Assembly (NCBI GenBank): GCA_033865115.1
Contig: JAWONR010000175.1
Coordinates: 1-46,186, forward strand
DNA length: 46,186 nucleotides
Direction: 5' to 3'
Source: Candidatus Persebacter sydneyensis
Lineage (GTDB): Bacteria > Pseudomonadota > Gammaproteobacteria > Tethybacterales > Persebacteraceae
Shown piece after piece: positions 7,657 through 18,037 of this stretch (the stretch's first letter is position 1; each line of letters opens with the position of its first letter). The notes beneath the pieces were generated by a model that worked only from the letters and a program-made list of their open reading frames with translations, was not told the DNA's origin and searched no databases. The position numbers and the translations under genes are program-made.

Positions 7657-9374
7657 CGCCGCGCAACTTTACACCGCCGCCGCCGCGCATTAGTGCGTGG
7701 CGTAAAAACATGTTGTTTGTCGCCGTGTTTTTATTGTTCGCGGTGCTGGTGGTGGGCGCGCCGTTGCGAATCGGGCATTTCGCCGCCGCCGCAAAAGAAG
7801 AGTCAAAAATACGACATAACTATAAAAAAATATTATTCGCCCACCGCGGCGGCATTGTCGACACCGCGGGCGTGCCGCTGGCGGTGAGCGCGGATGTTTA
7901 TGAAGTGCGGGCTGACATGGCGGAGTTGGCGGGTGATGAAAACCGGCGCCGAAGATTGGATGAATTGACGCCGGAGCTTGCACAAATTCTTCAAATTCCC
8001 GAAGACGAGCTACGCCGCAAATTGGAAGGCAGCGGACGCGCCGTTTTGCTAAGTAAAAAATTACCGGCGGCGGCGGGTGCGAAGTTGTATGATTTTCGAG
8101 CTCGTCATTGGCGACAATTACACGGACTGCGCATTGAATATAAAAGCAAACGATATTATCCGCAACGTGAATTTGCCGCATCTGTGGTCGGTTATGTGAA
8201 TCATGAAAACAAGGGAAAAACCGGCGTTGAATTTGTCCGTCAAAAAGAACTGAGTGAAGAACATGGTGAAAATCGGGGTGTACGCGCGCGCACCGGCGCA
8301 CGAATTGACAGTTTTTTGTCGCGTCCGCCGCGGGACGGGAAAGACATTACGCTCGCCATTGATTCACGTCTTCAATTTTTTGCCTATGAAGCGTTGCAAA
8401 ACGCCGCGCTGAAATATGACGCGCGCGCCGGCGCCGCGGCGGTGATGGATGTTCGCACCGGCGGCATTGTCGCAATGGCGAGTTATCCGGAAGCCAATCC
8501 CAACAATTTACGCGCGGGGGAAGTGGTTAAAAATCGCGCTTTGTCCGACCAAATGGAACCGGGGTCGCTGGTAAAGCCGTTTATCGCGGCGTTGGCGCTA
8601 CAAACCGGCAAAACCAACACCAAAGAAATTTTTCCCTCCCATCGTCTTACCGTCATCGGCGGCGTTCAAGTTAAACCCAACAGGATTAAAACACCGTTGG
8701 ATTTGGCGGGCGTTCTGAAAAAATCCAGCAATGTTGGCATTGTTATTTTGGGCTGGCGGTTGGGACGTGAACCGGTGTGGCGGTTTTATCAACAATTGGG
8801 TTTTGGACAAAAAATACTTCGCATGCCCGGTGAAGCCGCCGGTTCTTTGCGTCCCGCTTCAGAGTGGCGCGATTCGGAGTTGGTGACTCACGCCTATGGT
8901 TATAACTTGTCGACGACATTGTTGCAGTTGTTGTCCGGTTATTCTATTTTTGCCGCCGATGGATGGCGCATTGTGCCGGATTTGGACAAAAGCACCGCGC
9001 CGCCGTTTCGCGAACGGGTTTTGGATGCGCATATTGCGCGACAAGTGCGCGGCATGTTGGAACAAGTGACACAGCCCGACGGCACCGCGCCGGGTGCGGC
9101 GATACGCGGTTATCGAGTTGCCGGCAAGACTGGCACCGCCAAACTGGGGAAGCCGGAAGGCGGTTATTATGACAACGATTATCGGGCGTTTTTTGTCGGT
9201 ATGGCGCCGGCGTCCAATCCGCGTTATGTGGCGGCGGTGATGATTGATCGTCCGCGGCATGACGGACGCGGCATCGGGGGCGGACGTGCGGCGGCGCCGG
9301 TGTTTCGCGAAATTATGCGGAGGGCGTTGCGACTTAACGCTGTTCCGCCGGATGCACCGGACGGCAATGTTTAA
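7653..9374 (+). CDS. ftsI: Peptidoglycan D,D-transpeptidase FtsI (PBP3)
   Basis: 573 aa with an N-terminal TM helix and the transpeptidase motifs SLVKP (SxxK), SSN and KTGT. Canonical dcw position. Confidence 0.92.
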   Translation: MTPRNFTPPPPRISAWRKNMLFVAVFLLFAVLVVGAPLRIGHFAAAAKEESKIRHNYKKILFAHRGGIVDTAGVPLAVSADVYEVRADMAELAGDENRRRRLDELTPELAQILQIPEDELRRKLEGSGRAVLLSKKLPAAAGAKLYDFRARHWRQLHGLRIEYKSKRYYPQREFAASVVGYVNHENKGKTGVEFVRQKELSEEHGENRGVRARTGARIDSFLSRPPRDGKDITLAIDSRLQFFAYEALQNAALKYDARAGAAAVMDVRTGGIVAMASYPEANPNNLRAGEVVKNRALSDQMEPGSLVKPFIAALALQTGKTNTKEIFPSHRLTVIGGVQVKPNRIKTPLDLAGVLKKSSNVGIVILGWRLGREPVWRFYQQLGFGQKILRMPGEAAGSLRPASEWRDSELVTHAYGYNLSTTLLQLLSGYSIFAADGWRIVPDLDKSTAPPFRERVLDAHIARQVRGMLEQVTQPDGTAPGAAIRGYRVAGKTGTAKLGKPEGGYYDNDYRAFFVGMAPASNPRYVAAVMIDRPRHDGRGIGGGRAAAPVFREIMRRALRLNAVPPDAPDGNV

Positions 9375-10797
9375 TGCCGAAGCAGTGATTCGTCGGTTGG
9401 GAGCGCCGGCGCGCGAATTGTGCTGCGACAGTCGGCGAGTTCGCCGCGGCAGTGTTTTTGTCGCTTATCCCGGACATGTTCATGACGGACGGCGTCATAT
9501 TGCCGAAGCCATTCGCGGCGGTGCGGCGGGAGTGTTGTGGGACCCGCAGGGATTTGCATGGCCGAAAGACATTGTTGCGCCCAATGCACCGGTGCCGTCT
9601 TTGTCGGAACGAGTTGGTTTGTTGGCGGATGCCGTATATGGCGCGCCCAGTCGTCATTTATTTGTCGCCGCCGTGACCGGCACCAACGGCAAAACAACGA
9701 CCGCGCATTTTGCCGCCCAACTGATTGTGCAAAGCGGCATCAGCGGCGGCATTATCGGCACATTGGGAGCGGGGTTGTGGGGAAAGAAAATGACGTCGAC
9801 CGACAACACGACTCCGGAAGCCATTGCCATTCATGGATTTTTACGGGACTTTGCCGCCGCCGGCGCGCAGGCGGCGGTTTTGGAGGCGTCTTCGCACGGC
9901 ATTGTTCAAGGACGATTGGGAGGCGTGCGTATTGCGGCGGCGGTATTGACAAACATCGGACGCGACCATTTGGATTATCACGGCGACCTTAAAACTTATC
10001 GGCGGGTGAAATTGAGTTTGTTGCAAACGGAAGGATTACAAACGGCGATCATCAACGCCGATGATTCGCGTTGTGCCGCCGCCGTCCGTCGTATTCGCGC
10101 CAAACAAGTATGGACTTATGGCGCGAAGGGTGAAACGCTTCGCTTAATATCCGCAACGGAAAAAGACGGAGAGCAAATTATTTCTTTGGACGGCGAACAA
10201 GGACGCAAAAAAGTACGCCTGCCCGTTTTGGGGCGTCATAACATTGACAACTTTATGGCCGCCGCGCTTGTCGCGCAAGCCGCCGGCGCGCGATGGGAAG
10301 ACATGCGCCCGCAAGAACTTGTTCCGCCGCAGGGAAGATTACAACGAATCAATCCCGGCGGACATCCCGCCATTTATGTTGATTACGCGCATACGCCGGA
10401 TGCATTGCATGCCGCACTGACCGCGTTAAAACATCGGCGGGGAAAGTTGTGGGTGGTTTTTGGTTGTGGCGGCGAACGTGATTCCGGCAAGCGGCGGTGG
10501 ATGGGACGGACGGCGGCGATGTTGGCGGATGTCGCCATTGTGACTGATGACAATCCGCGCGGTGAACCGGCGGCGGAGATTCGCGCGCAAGTCATGGGCG
10601 GCGGTTTGCGTTTGCGCGAAGTCGCGGATAGAAGTGTCGCCATTGCCACCGCGATTGAAGAAGCGGCGGCGGCGGATACTATTTTAATCGCCGGAAAAGG
10701 ACACGAAGAATATCAAGAAATCAGCGGACAACGTCGTCGGTTTTCAGACATGGAAACGGCGTTGGCGGTTTCGCGCGCACGGAGTGGACAATGTTAA
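9367..10797 (+). CDS. murE: UDP-N-acetylmuramoyl-L-alanyl-D-glutamate--2,6-diaminopimelate ligase
   Basis: Mur ligase P-loop GTNGKTT, the C-terminal DNPR motif typical of meso-DAP-adding MurE, and gene order. The start is set at ATG 9367, overlapping the ftsI stop by 8 nt. Confidence 0.92.
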   Translation: MFNAEAVIRRLGAPARELCCDSRRVRRGSVFVAYPGHVHDGRRHIAEAIRGGAAGVLWDPQGFAWPKDIVAPNAPVPSLSERVGLLADAVYGAPSRHLFVAAVTGTNGKTTTAHFAAQLIVQSGISGGIIGTLGAGLWGKKMTSTDNTTPEAIAIHGFLRDFAAAGAQAAVLEASSHGIVQGRLGGVRIAAAVLTNIGRDHLDYHGDLKTYRRVKLSLLQTEGLQTAIINADDSRCAAAVRRIRAKQVWTYGAKGETLRLISATEKDGEQIISLDGEQGRKKVRLPVLGRHNIDNFMAAALVAQAAGARWEDMRPQELVPPQGRLQRINPGGHPAIYVDYAHTPDALHAALTALKHRRGKLWVVFGCGGERDSGKRRWMGRTAAMLADVAIVTDDNPRGEPAAEIRAQVMGGGLRLREVADRSVAIATAIEEAAAADTILIAGKGHEEYQEISGQRRRFSDMETALAVSRARSGQC

Positions 10798-12104
10798 TTA
10801 CGGCAACGCGCGCGGCGGAATGGTGCGGCGGACGCCGATGCGGCGGCGACCCGATATTATCGGGCGTTTGCATTGATTCGCGTCGTGCGCGGTGCGGTGA
10901 TTTGTTTGTCGCACTTCCCGGCGAGCGCGCGGACGGACATGATTTTGCCGCCGAGGCCATGAACCAAGGCGCGGCGGCGGTGATGGTCGCGACACCGGTG
11001 TCGGAAGTGTGTTCGCAAATTATGGTCGTCGATTGTGAAAGCGCGTTGGCGCGGCTGGCATCGGCATGGCGGCATGACTTTAATGGAAAAGTTGCGGCGA
11101 TTACCGGCAGCAACGGTAAAACAACGGTAAAAGAAATGTTGGCGGCGATTGTTCGTGAAGTGACAAGTCCGTTCCGCGTTTTTGCCAGTCGCGGGAATAT
11201 GAACAACCGGCTTGGCATGTCGTTGAGTGTTTTGGAAATCGCACCGCAACATAAGTTTGCGGTGTTGGAAGCGGGCATGGATGCCGCCGGTGAATTGCGT
11301 GAGTTGGGCGGAATATGTCGTCCGCATGTCGCCGTGGTGAATAACGCACAACGCGCGCATTTGGGAATGTTTTCATCGGTCACGGACATCGCCCGCGCCA
11401 AAGGCGAGTTAATTGAATCATTGTCGGCGGATGGAATTGCGGTGATTGCCGCGGACGACCCGCATTTGTCACTGTGGCGGGAGCTCGCCGGCAAACGGCG
11501 GACAATTACTTTTGGATTTACCGCCGCCGCCGATTATCGCGGCGAGTGGCGTGACGGGCGTTTGTATTTGCCTTCGCAGTCGCAGCCGTTGCAGTTGCAA
11601 GTTGCCGGACGACATAACGCCCATAATGCGTTGGCGGCGGCGGCGGCGGCGGAAGCGTTGGGTTTTCCAACGGAAAAAGCGGCGGTGGGATTGGAATCGT
11701 TCACGGGTGTTGACGGGCGGTTGCAATTTAAAAAGACACCGGGCGGTGCGATGTTAATTGACGACACTTATAACGCCAATCCGGATTCTCTGGAGGCGGC
11801 GTTGACGGTGTTGGCGGAATGCGACGGTGAAAAGTTTGCAGTGTTGGGTGATATGTTGGCGTTGGGAGATGCGGCGGCGAAAGAACATCGCGCGGCGGGT
11901 GAAGCGGCGGCGGCGGCGGGAGCGGAGTTGCTGACAGTCGGCGAAGAAATGAAAGCGGCGGCGGGACGACACTTCACCGACCGCGAATCGTTGTTGGAAT
12001 ATTTGCGCGGGCGTCTTGAAAAATGCAAACAGGCGACGGTTCTTGTTAAAGGTTCTCGCGGCATGCACATGGAAACTGTCGCACGCGCGTTGGAGTCGGA
12101 ATGA
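10791..12104 (+). CDS. murF: UDP-N-acetylmuramoyl-tripeptide--D-alanyl-D-alanine ligase
   Basis: Mur ligase fold with GSNGKTT, the DDTYNANP motif, and its position after murE. Confidence 0.92.
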   Translation: MLITATRAAEWCGGRRCGGDPILSGVCIDSRRARCGDLFVALPGERADGHDFAAEAMNQGAAAVMVATPVSEVCSQIMVVDCESALARLASAWRHDFNGKVAAITGSNGKTTVKEMLAAIVREVTSPFRVFASRGNMNNRLGMSLSVLEIAPQHKFAVLEAGMDAAGELRELGGICRPHVAVVNNAQRAHLGMFSSVTDIARAKGELIESLSADGIAVIAADDPHLSLWRELAGKRRTITFGFTAAADYRGEWRDGRLYLPSQSQPLQLQVAGRHNAHNALAAAAAAEALGFPTEKAAVGLESFTGVDGRLQFKKTPGGAMLIDDTYNANPDSLEAALTVLAECDGEKFAVLGDMLALGDAAAKEHRAAGEAAAAAGAELLTVGEEMKAAAGRHFTDRESLLEYLRGRLEKCKQATVLVKGSRGMHMETVARALESE

Positions 12105-13186
12105 TTTACTGGCTATCACAACAATGGGTGTCGGATTTCGGCGCGCTTAATATTTTCGGTTATGTTACCGTGCGTGCGTTGTTGGCGGCGATGTCCGCTT
12201 TTTTTATCGGCGTGTTGGCGGGACCGGCGTTTATTCGCCTTGCGCGGGAGGCGGGCGGACAACCGGTGCGCGATGACGGTCCGCAAACGCATTTACAAAA
12301 ACGAAATACGCCGACTTTGGGCGGATTGTTGATGATAGGCTGTATTTTGCTCGGTTGTGGATTGTGGGGCGATTGGAGCAGCGACTATTTGTGGTTGTCC
12401 GCCGGCGTGTTGGCGGTGTTTGGCGGCATTGGATTGGCGGATGACATACGCAAACTTCGCCGCCGCAATTCACGCGGACTGTCTGCACGCGCCAAAATAG
12501 GTTTGCAGTCGGCGGCGGCGGCGGCGGCGATTATTATCATCATTCACGGCGGTATGACTGCGGGACATGAAGATATTATTATTCCCTATACCAAAGACAT
12601 CGTATTGCCGTTGGGGATTTGGGGCATGGCGACATTCGGTTTTTTTGCGGTTGTTGGTTCTTCCAACGCCGTGAATTTAACAGACGGGTTGGACGGTTTG
12701 GTGATTATGCCGATTATTATGGTCGCCGGCGGATTGGCGATTTATGCATATGCGTCGGGACATTCGGTTTTTGCGGATTATTTGGGCGTGCCGCATTTGC
12801 CGGGCGTACATGAATTAGTGATTTTTTGCGCGGCGTTGGCGGGGGCGGGACTGGCGTTTTTATGGTTTAACGCCCATCCGGCGCAAATTTTCATGGGCGA
12901 TGTCGGCGCGCTTGGCATCGGTGCGGCGTTGGGATTAATCGCCGTGCTTGTGCGACAAGAGTTGGTGTATGTGGTGATGAGCGGTGTTTTTGTGGCGGAA
13001 GCATTGTCGGTCATTTTACAAGTGTGGTTTTTTCGCGCCACCGGCGGACGACGATTGTTTCGCATGGCGCCGTTGCATCATCATTTTGAATTGAAAGGAT
13101 GGTGCGAAAATCAGGTTGTTGTCCGCTTTTGGATTGTCTCTCTAATATTAGTGTTGGTCGGCTTGGCGGGGTTGAAAGTGCGATGA
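12101..13186 (+). CDS. mraY: Phospho-N-acetylmuramoyl-pentapeptide transferase
   Basis: 361-aa polytopic protein with KxxTPTMGG-like (KRNTPTLGG), NAVNLTDGLDGL and APLHHHFE motifs. Confidence 0.95.
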   Translation: MIYWLSQQWVSDFGALNIFGYVTVRALLAAMSAFFIGVLAGPAFIRLAREAGGQPVRDDGPQTHLQKRNTPTLGGLLMIGCILLGCGLWGDWSSDYLWLSAGVLAVFGGIGLADDIRKLRRRNSRGLSARAKIGLQSAAAAAAIIIIIHGGMTAGHEDIIIPYTKDIVLPLGIWGMATFGFFAVVGSSNAVNLTDGLDGLVIMPIIMVAGGLAIYAYASGHSVFADYLGVPHLPGVHELVIFCAALAGAGLAFLWFNAHPAQIFMGDVGALGIGAALGLIAVLVRQELVYVVMSGVFVAEALSVILQVWFFRATGGRRLFRMAPLHHHFELKGWCENQVVVRFWIVSLILVLVGLAGLKVR

Positions 13187-14565
13187 AAACACTGATAGTC
13201 GGCGCGGGAAAGACCGGGCTTTCCATGGCGCGTTTTTTGCGGCGGGATGGCGGTTGTGTGTCGGCGGTGGATACGCGCCGTCGTCCGCCGTGTGCCGCGG
13301 CAATGCGTGAATTGTTGGGCGATGAAAACTGCATGTTCGGACATGATTTTCGCCGCTGGTCGGCGGAGTTTGCAAAGTTTGATTATGTGTGTGCGAGTCC
13401 GGGCGTGCCGCCGTCATGGTTGAAAACGGCGCGACAACATACGCGCGTGAAGGGTGAAGTTTCACTTTTGCCGAAACCGCGCGCCGGTATGCCGGTGCGT
13501 GTTTGGATTACCGGCACAAACGGTAAAAGCACGGTGACGGCGTTGGTTGTCGCTTTGTGCCGCGCCGCCGGTATGACCGCCGAGCCGGTTGGTAATTTTG
13601 GCGTGCCGTTGTTGGACGCATGGCGTGAATGGGAATATTCACAAACCGCGCCTTATGATTTCGCGCCCAAACAATATCCGCCGGCGGTGGCGGTGGCGGA
13701 GTTGTCAAGTTTTCAGTTGCAATATTGCGGCGCGGCGGATATTCGCCGAGGCGGCGGCTCGGCGGCGGCGGTGTTGAATGTCAGTGCCGACCACTTGGAC
13801 TATCACGAAGATATGCGGGAATATGCGGCGGCGAAAATGAATATTTACCGACTCGCCGATTATGGCGTGATTAATTTGGACGACCCAATGACGGCGCGCG
13901 CGCATGCCGGGCGAGATAAAAGTCGGATGATTACTTTTTCGGTGCGGCAAAACGCTGATTGGCGTTTGCGCAGTGATTATATTGTCGGCGGCGGCATGCG
14001 TTTTCGCCGTGACCAAATTTCACCGGCACTCTCCGTTGAAAATGTATTGTCGGCGTTGGCATTGTTTTCCGCGTTGGTTAAAACAAAAATAAAACCCGAT
14101 ATAAGAAAGGCGTTGACGGAAGCGATTGCGCGTTTTCCCGGTCTTCCACATCGGAGGAGAATGGTGGGACGTTTTGGCGGTGTTAATTACATTAACGATT
14201 CCAAATCCACCAACACGGCGGCGGCACGGTTTGCATTGCAAAACACATCAGGCAAAATTGTACTCATCGCCGGCGGTGACGGGAAGGGACAAGATTTTTC
14301 ACCGTTGGCGTCGGCATGTCAGACGGTAAAGAAGGCGTTTTTACTCGGCAAAGACGCCGCCACTGTCGGACGCGCGTTAAAGACCGGCGGTGTTGAATCA
14401 GAAATTGTCGCGGACATGAAAACGGCGGTTGTCAAGGCGACAAAAACCGCCCGCCGCGGTGACACCGTGTTGTTGTCGCCGGCGTGTTCAAGTTTGGACA
14501 TGTATCAGGATTATGCCGCACGCGGTGATGACTTTGCGGCGGAGGTAGAAAATCATGCGCGCTAA
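13183..14565 (+). CDS. murD: UDP-N-acetylmuramoylalanine--D-glutamate ligase
   Basis: N-terminal Rossmann GAGKTG, Mur ligase GTNGKST, and gene order. ATG 13183 forms an ATGA overlap with the mraY stop. Confidence 0.92.
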   Translation: MKTLIVGAGKTGLSMARFLRRDGGCVSAVDTRRRPPCAAAMRELLGDENCMFGHDFRRWSAEFAKFDYVCASPGVPPSWLKTARQHTRVKGEVSLLPKPRAGMPVRVWITGTNGKSTVTALVVALCRAAGMTAEPVGNFGVPLLDAWREWEYSQTAPYDFAPKQYPPAVAVAELSSFQLQYCGAADIRRGGGSAAAVLNVSADHLDYHEDMREYAAAKMNIYRLADYGVINLDDPMTARAHAGRDKSRMITFSVRQNADWRLRSDYIVGGGMRFRRDQISPALSVENVLSALALFSALVKTKIKPDIRKALTEAIARFPGLPHRRRMVGRFGGVNYINDSKSTNTAAARFALQNTSGKIVLIAGGDGKGQDFSPLASACQTVKKAFLLGKDAATVGRALKTGGVESEIVADMKTAVVKATKTARRGDTVLLSPACSSLDMYQDYAARGDDFAAEVENHAR

Positions 14566-15634
14566 TTTGCCGCCACCCGATATCGGCGTGCCGGCGGCGG
14601 GCGCGTTGTTGTTCGGCATTGGGCTTTCGGCGTTGTATTCCATTTCGCTCGCATCGGGAATGCCGTGGGCGGAAAAACAATTGACATGGGCGGTGATGGC
14701 TCTTGTCGGTGCGGGGGCGGCGGCGATGTGTCCGTTGTCAGCGTTACGCCGCGCCGCTTGTTTTCTCATGGCGGCGGTTATTGTCGGCATGTGCGCGGTG
14801 TTTTTGTTTGACGCGGGACATGGCGCGCATCGCTGGGTGCGATTGGGCGGTTGGTCATTGCAACCGTCGGAGTTTTGTAAAATGGCGGCGTTAATATTGG
14901 CGGCGGATTATGCGTCACGCGGATATTATCGGCGCGACCAAAAGGCGTTTGTTTTGCCGGTGTTGTTGTGGCTTGCCGCGCCGCTCGCATTATTGGTGTT
15001 TCAACGCGACATTGGTTCGTTGATTTTAATCTCCGGCGTTGTGCTGGCGATTTTATTTGTCGCCGGATTGGACATTCGCCGCACCGCGCCGTTGGCGTTG
15101 TTGTTGGTTGCGGCGGCGGCGGTGTTAATTCTGTCGGAACCTTATCGTCTTTCGCGGGTGACGAGTTTTGTCGACCCGTTTTTATCGGACGGCGGTTACA
15201 ACCAAAAAAATGCGATTATGGCTTTTGTTCTTGGCGGTTGGAGCGGACGGGGACTCGGACGCAGTATTGAAAGCTGGGGTTATCTGCCCGAACCGCATAA
15301 TGATTTCATCATCGCCATTATCGGAGAAGAAACCGGATTGGTCGGTTTTTTTGTAGTGTGTGCGTTGTTGGCGTTTTTAGCCGGACGGGCGATTGCCATC
15401 GGCAACCGTGCGGAAGCGCGAAATGAAATATTCGGCGCGTTATATGCTTTTGGTTTTGCCGCCATGTGGGGCGTGCAGGCGTTTATTAATATCGGCGGGA
15501 ATTTGTCACTGTTACCGTTTAAGGGATTTACGTTGCCGCTGGTCAGTTATGGCGGCAGCAGTTTATTGGCGACCGGGTTAATGCTCGGCGTATTGATGCG
15601 GGTGGATTATGAAAACCGCAAGGCGGCGTCATGA
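14555..15634 (+). CDS. ftsW: Peptidoglycan glycosyltransferase FtsW (SEDS family)
   Basis: Polytopic SEDS protein (LQPSEF.K, PEPHNDFI, LPxKG.TLPLVSYGGSS) in the canonical dcw position. Confidence 0.9.
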   Translation: MRANLPPPDIGVPAAGALLFGIGLSALYSISLASGMPWAEKQLTWAVMALVGAGAAAMCPLSALRRAACFLMAAVIVGMCAVFLFDAGHGAHRWVRLGGWSLQPSEFCKMAALILAADYASRGYYRRDQKAFVLPVLLWLAAPLALLVFQRDIGSLILISGVVLAILFVAGLDIRRTAPLALLLVAAAAVLILSEPYRLSRVTSFVDPFLSDGGYNQKNAIMAFVLGGWSGRGLGRSIESWGYLPEPHNDFIIAIIGEETGLVGFFVVCALLAFLAGRAIAIGNRAEARNEIFGALYAFGFAAMWGVQAFINIGGNLSLLPFKGFTLPLVSYGGSSLLATGLMLGVLMRVDYENRKAAS

Positions 15635-16674
15635 GTGGAGTACGCGTGTTAATCGCCGCCGGCGGCACCGGCGGACATGTGTTTCCGGCGTTGGCGATTG
15701 CCGATGAATTGCGACGTGACGGCGGTGATGTCATGTGGCTGGGTGCCGGCGGAATGGAAATGAGTCTTGCACCGGCTCATGGATTTCCATTACACGCCGT
15801 GCCTTTTCGTCCGCCTCGGGGATTGGGCGGCGTGTTACGTTTAATCGCGGCGGTTTGGCGTGCGCGGCGCATTGTTCGCCGTTTGCGTCCGGCGGTGGTG
15901 TTGGGCATGGGCGGTTATGCCGCCGCGCCCGGAGGTTTGGCGGCAAAAACCGCCGGTGTTCCACTGGTCATTCATGAACAAAACGCCGTGGGCGGACGTG
16001 CCAATCAATTGTTATGCAAAGTCGCCCGACAAACACTCGGCGGATTTCCCGATGCGCTTCCCGGTTTGCGCTGGGTCGGCAATCCGGTGCGACGGGAGTT
16101 TTGTGCCGTGCCGCCGCCGTCCGAAAGAGTTGCGGAGTCTCCGCCGCGCCGATTGTTGGTGTTGGGCGGCAGTCAAGGGGCACAAGCGTTAAACACTGAA
16201 GTACCTGCGGCGTTGGGGCAACTTGATGATTCATTTGATGTTTTTCATCAATGCGGACGCGGCAATATTGAACAGACAGAGCGCGCATATCACAATGTTG
16301 AGAGACGGGCGGAAGTGCGCGAGTTTATGGATGATGTCGCTGAACAAATGACGGCGGCGGATTTAATAATTTGTCGCGCGGGAGCGGCGACTTTGGCGGA
16401 AATTGCGGCAGTCGGCGCGGCGTCGTTATTGGTGCCTTATCCGTATGCCGCCGGCGACCATCAAAACTATAACGCGCGTTTTTTTGCCGCGCGCAAAGCG
16501 GCGTTTGTATGTTCACCGAGCGACTTTGACGGCGCATGGTTGGCGGACTTCTTAACAACAATGACGCGCCAAAAGTTATTGGCGGCGGCGAACAACGCGC
16601 GCGCGTTGTCGCGTCCACAAGCGGCGGCGGATGTGGCGCGTGCATGTCTGGCGGAGGCGAAACATGCGTCATAA
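15631..16674 (+). CDS. murG: UDP-N-acetylglucosamine--N-acetylmuramyl-(pentapeptide) pyrophosphoryl-undecaprenol GlcNAc transferase
   Basis: N-terminal GGTGGHVFPALA motif, GT28 architecture, and gene order. Confidence 0.92.
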   Translation: MSGVRVLIAAGGTGGHVFPALAIADELRRDGGDVMWLGAGGMEMSLAPAHGFPLHAVPFRPPRGLGGVLRLIAAVWRARRIVRRLRPAVVLGMGGYAAAPGGLAAKTAGVPLVIHEQNAVGGRANQLLCKVARQTLGGFPDALPGLRWVGNPVRREFCAVPPPSERVAESPPRRLLVLGGSQGAQALNTEVPAALGQLDDSFDVFHQCGRGNIEQTERAYHNVERRAEVREFMDDVAEQMTAADLIICRAGAATLAEIAAVGAASLLVPYPYAAGDHQNYNARFFAARKAAFVCSPSDFDGAWLADFLTTMTRQKLLAAANNARALSRPQAAADVARACLAEAKHAS

Positions 16675-18037
16675 GATTCAACGTATTCATTTTGTCGGCG
16701 TTGGCGGCGCCGGCATGTGCGGACTCGCCGAAGTCATGCACAGTTTGGGTTATGAAGTCAGCGGTTCCGATGCGCGACATCCGCCGTCTTTGGACGGATT
16801 GCGCGCCGCCGGCATTCAAGTGTTTGCCGGCGGACACGATGCCGCCCATGTTGCAAACGCTGATTGCGTGGTGTATTCAGGCGCGGTGGGAGAGGATAAT
16901 CCGGAACGCATGGCGGCGACGGCGCGCGGTGTTCCAGTCATTCCGCGTGCGCAAATGTTGGGCGAAGTGTTGCGTTTTAAACCCGGCGTTGCAGTCGCCG
17001 GTACGCATGGCAAAACGACAGTGTCTTCCATGTTGGCGGCGATTTTATCCGCCGCCGGACAAGACCCGACATGCATTATCGGCGGGCGGTTTTTGGACGG
17101 CGGCGGTAACGCCCGAATTGGCGGCGGCGAGTTTGTCGTGGCGGAAGCCGATGAATCCGATGCGTCTTTTTTACATTTACAACCGGTCGCGGCGGTGGTT
17201 ACCAATATTGACAACGACCATTTGGCGGCGTTCGGCGGAGACATGGCGAGGTTGCAAGAAGCGTTTTATAACTTTTTGGGCAACTTGCCGTTTTATGGAA
17301 CGGCGGTGGTGTGTGCTGATGACCCTCGTGCGGCGGAATTGGCCGATTCAGTTTCTTTTGTTAGAGTCGTTCGTTATGGCATCGGTGAAAATGTCGATGT
17401 ACGCGCGACCGATATATGCGCGGACAACGGCGGCATGCGTTTTACTTTGCGTTTTGATGACGGTGATTTTCCCGCGTGTTTGCCGGCGGCGGGTTTGCAT
17501 AATGTATGCAACGCGGCGGGAGCGGCGGCGATGGCGCGTGAATTGGGCGCATCCGCCGATGCCGTTGTTGCCGGACTTTCCGAGTTTCGCGGTGTCGGAC
17601 GGCGGTTGGAACGGCGTGATGATGTTGTTATCAACGGCGGGCAGGCGATTTTGATTGATGATTACGCTCATCATCCGACTGAAATTGACGCCACAGTGGC
17701 GGCGGTGCGCGGCGCGCATGCCGGACGGAAATTAATATTGGTTTTTCAACCGCATCGTTATACGCGCACTCGTGATTTGTTTTCGCGTTTGACAAAGTCA
17801 TTGGCGGCGGGTGATGAATTGGTGTTGTTGGATGTGTATCCCGCCGGCGAGAAGCCGATTGCCAACGCCGACAGTGATGCATTGGCGGCGGCGTTGGGTA
17901 ATGGAACAGTGCGGGCGAAGTCCCTTCCTTCCGCGGCGGAAGCGGTGCGTAAAATGGTCGGCGACGGTGATGTGATTCTCACCATGGGCGCCGGCGATAT
18001 TGGCTCACTACCCGAAATATTGGAGAAACCGGCATGA
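16664..18037 (+). CDS. murC: UDP-N-acetylmuramate--L-alanine ligase
   Basis: IHFVGVGGAGM and GTHGKTT motifs. The start is set at ATG 16664 (MRHKIQRIHFVG), overlapping the murG stop. Confidence 0.92.
   Translation: MRHKIQRIHFVGVGGAGMCGLAEVMHSLGYEVSGSDARHPPSLDGLRAAGIQVFAGGHDAAHVANADCVVYSGAVGEDNPERMAATARGVPVIPRAQMLGEVLRFKPGVAVAGTHGKTTVSSMLAAILSAAGQDPTCIIGGRFLDGGGNARIGGGEFVVAEADESDASFLHLQPVAAVVTNIDNDHLAAFGGDMARLQEAFYNFLGNLPFYGTAVVCADDPRAAELADSVSFVRVVRYGIGENVDVRATDICADNGGMRFTLRFDDGDFPACLPAAGLHNVCNAAGAAAMARELGASADAVVAGLSEFRGVGRRLERRDDVVINGGQAILIDDYAHHPTEIDATVAAVRGAHAGRKLILVFQPHRYTRTRDLFSRLTKSLAAGDELVLLDVYPAGEKPIANADSDALAAALGNGTVRAKSLPSAAEAVRKMVGDGDVILTMGAGDIGSLPEILEKPA

Noticed and set aside
5979-9366. 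Longer N-terminal extensions offered by the ORF track for mraZ (5979), rsmH (6386), ftsL (7099), murE (9244), murD (13099), murC (16631), ddl (18839), ftsZ (21704), efp (39015), csp (39623), dpaL (41163) and the SDR (45137).
   Set aside because: The extensions overlap the preceding gene extensively and have no counterpart in homolog N-termini. In each case an internal ATG gives the canonical N-terminus, often with an ATGA/TAATG junction or a GGAGG site.
10721-11494. Long antisense or alternative-frame ORFs inside well-supported genes. Examples: 10721-11494(-) in murF, 16536-17654(+) in murG/murC, 18880-19521(-) in ddl, 22334-23134(-) across ftsZ/lpxC, 28477-29343(-) in selD, and 7690-8301(-) in ftsI.
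   Set aside because: Their translations are Arg/Pro/Cys/Trp-rich and low-complexity with no recognisable motifs. Each lies wholly within a gene whose own frame shows strong homology. This is typical shadow-ORF behaviour in GC-rich DNA.
12505-12545. GCG/ATT trinucleotide runs, considered as microsatellites or contingency loci. Examples: mraY 12505-12545 encoding AAAAAA-IIIII, and murF 11630-11650 encoding AAAAAA.
   Set aside because: They are in frame, short, and encode hydrophobic or poly-Ala stretches compatible with the proteins. The tracts are not pure enough to suggest phase variation.
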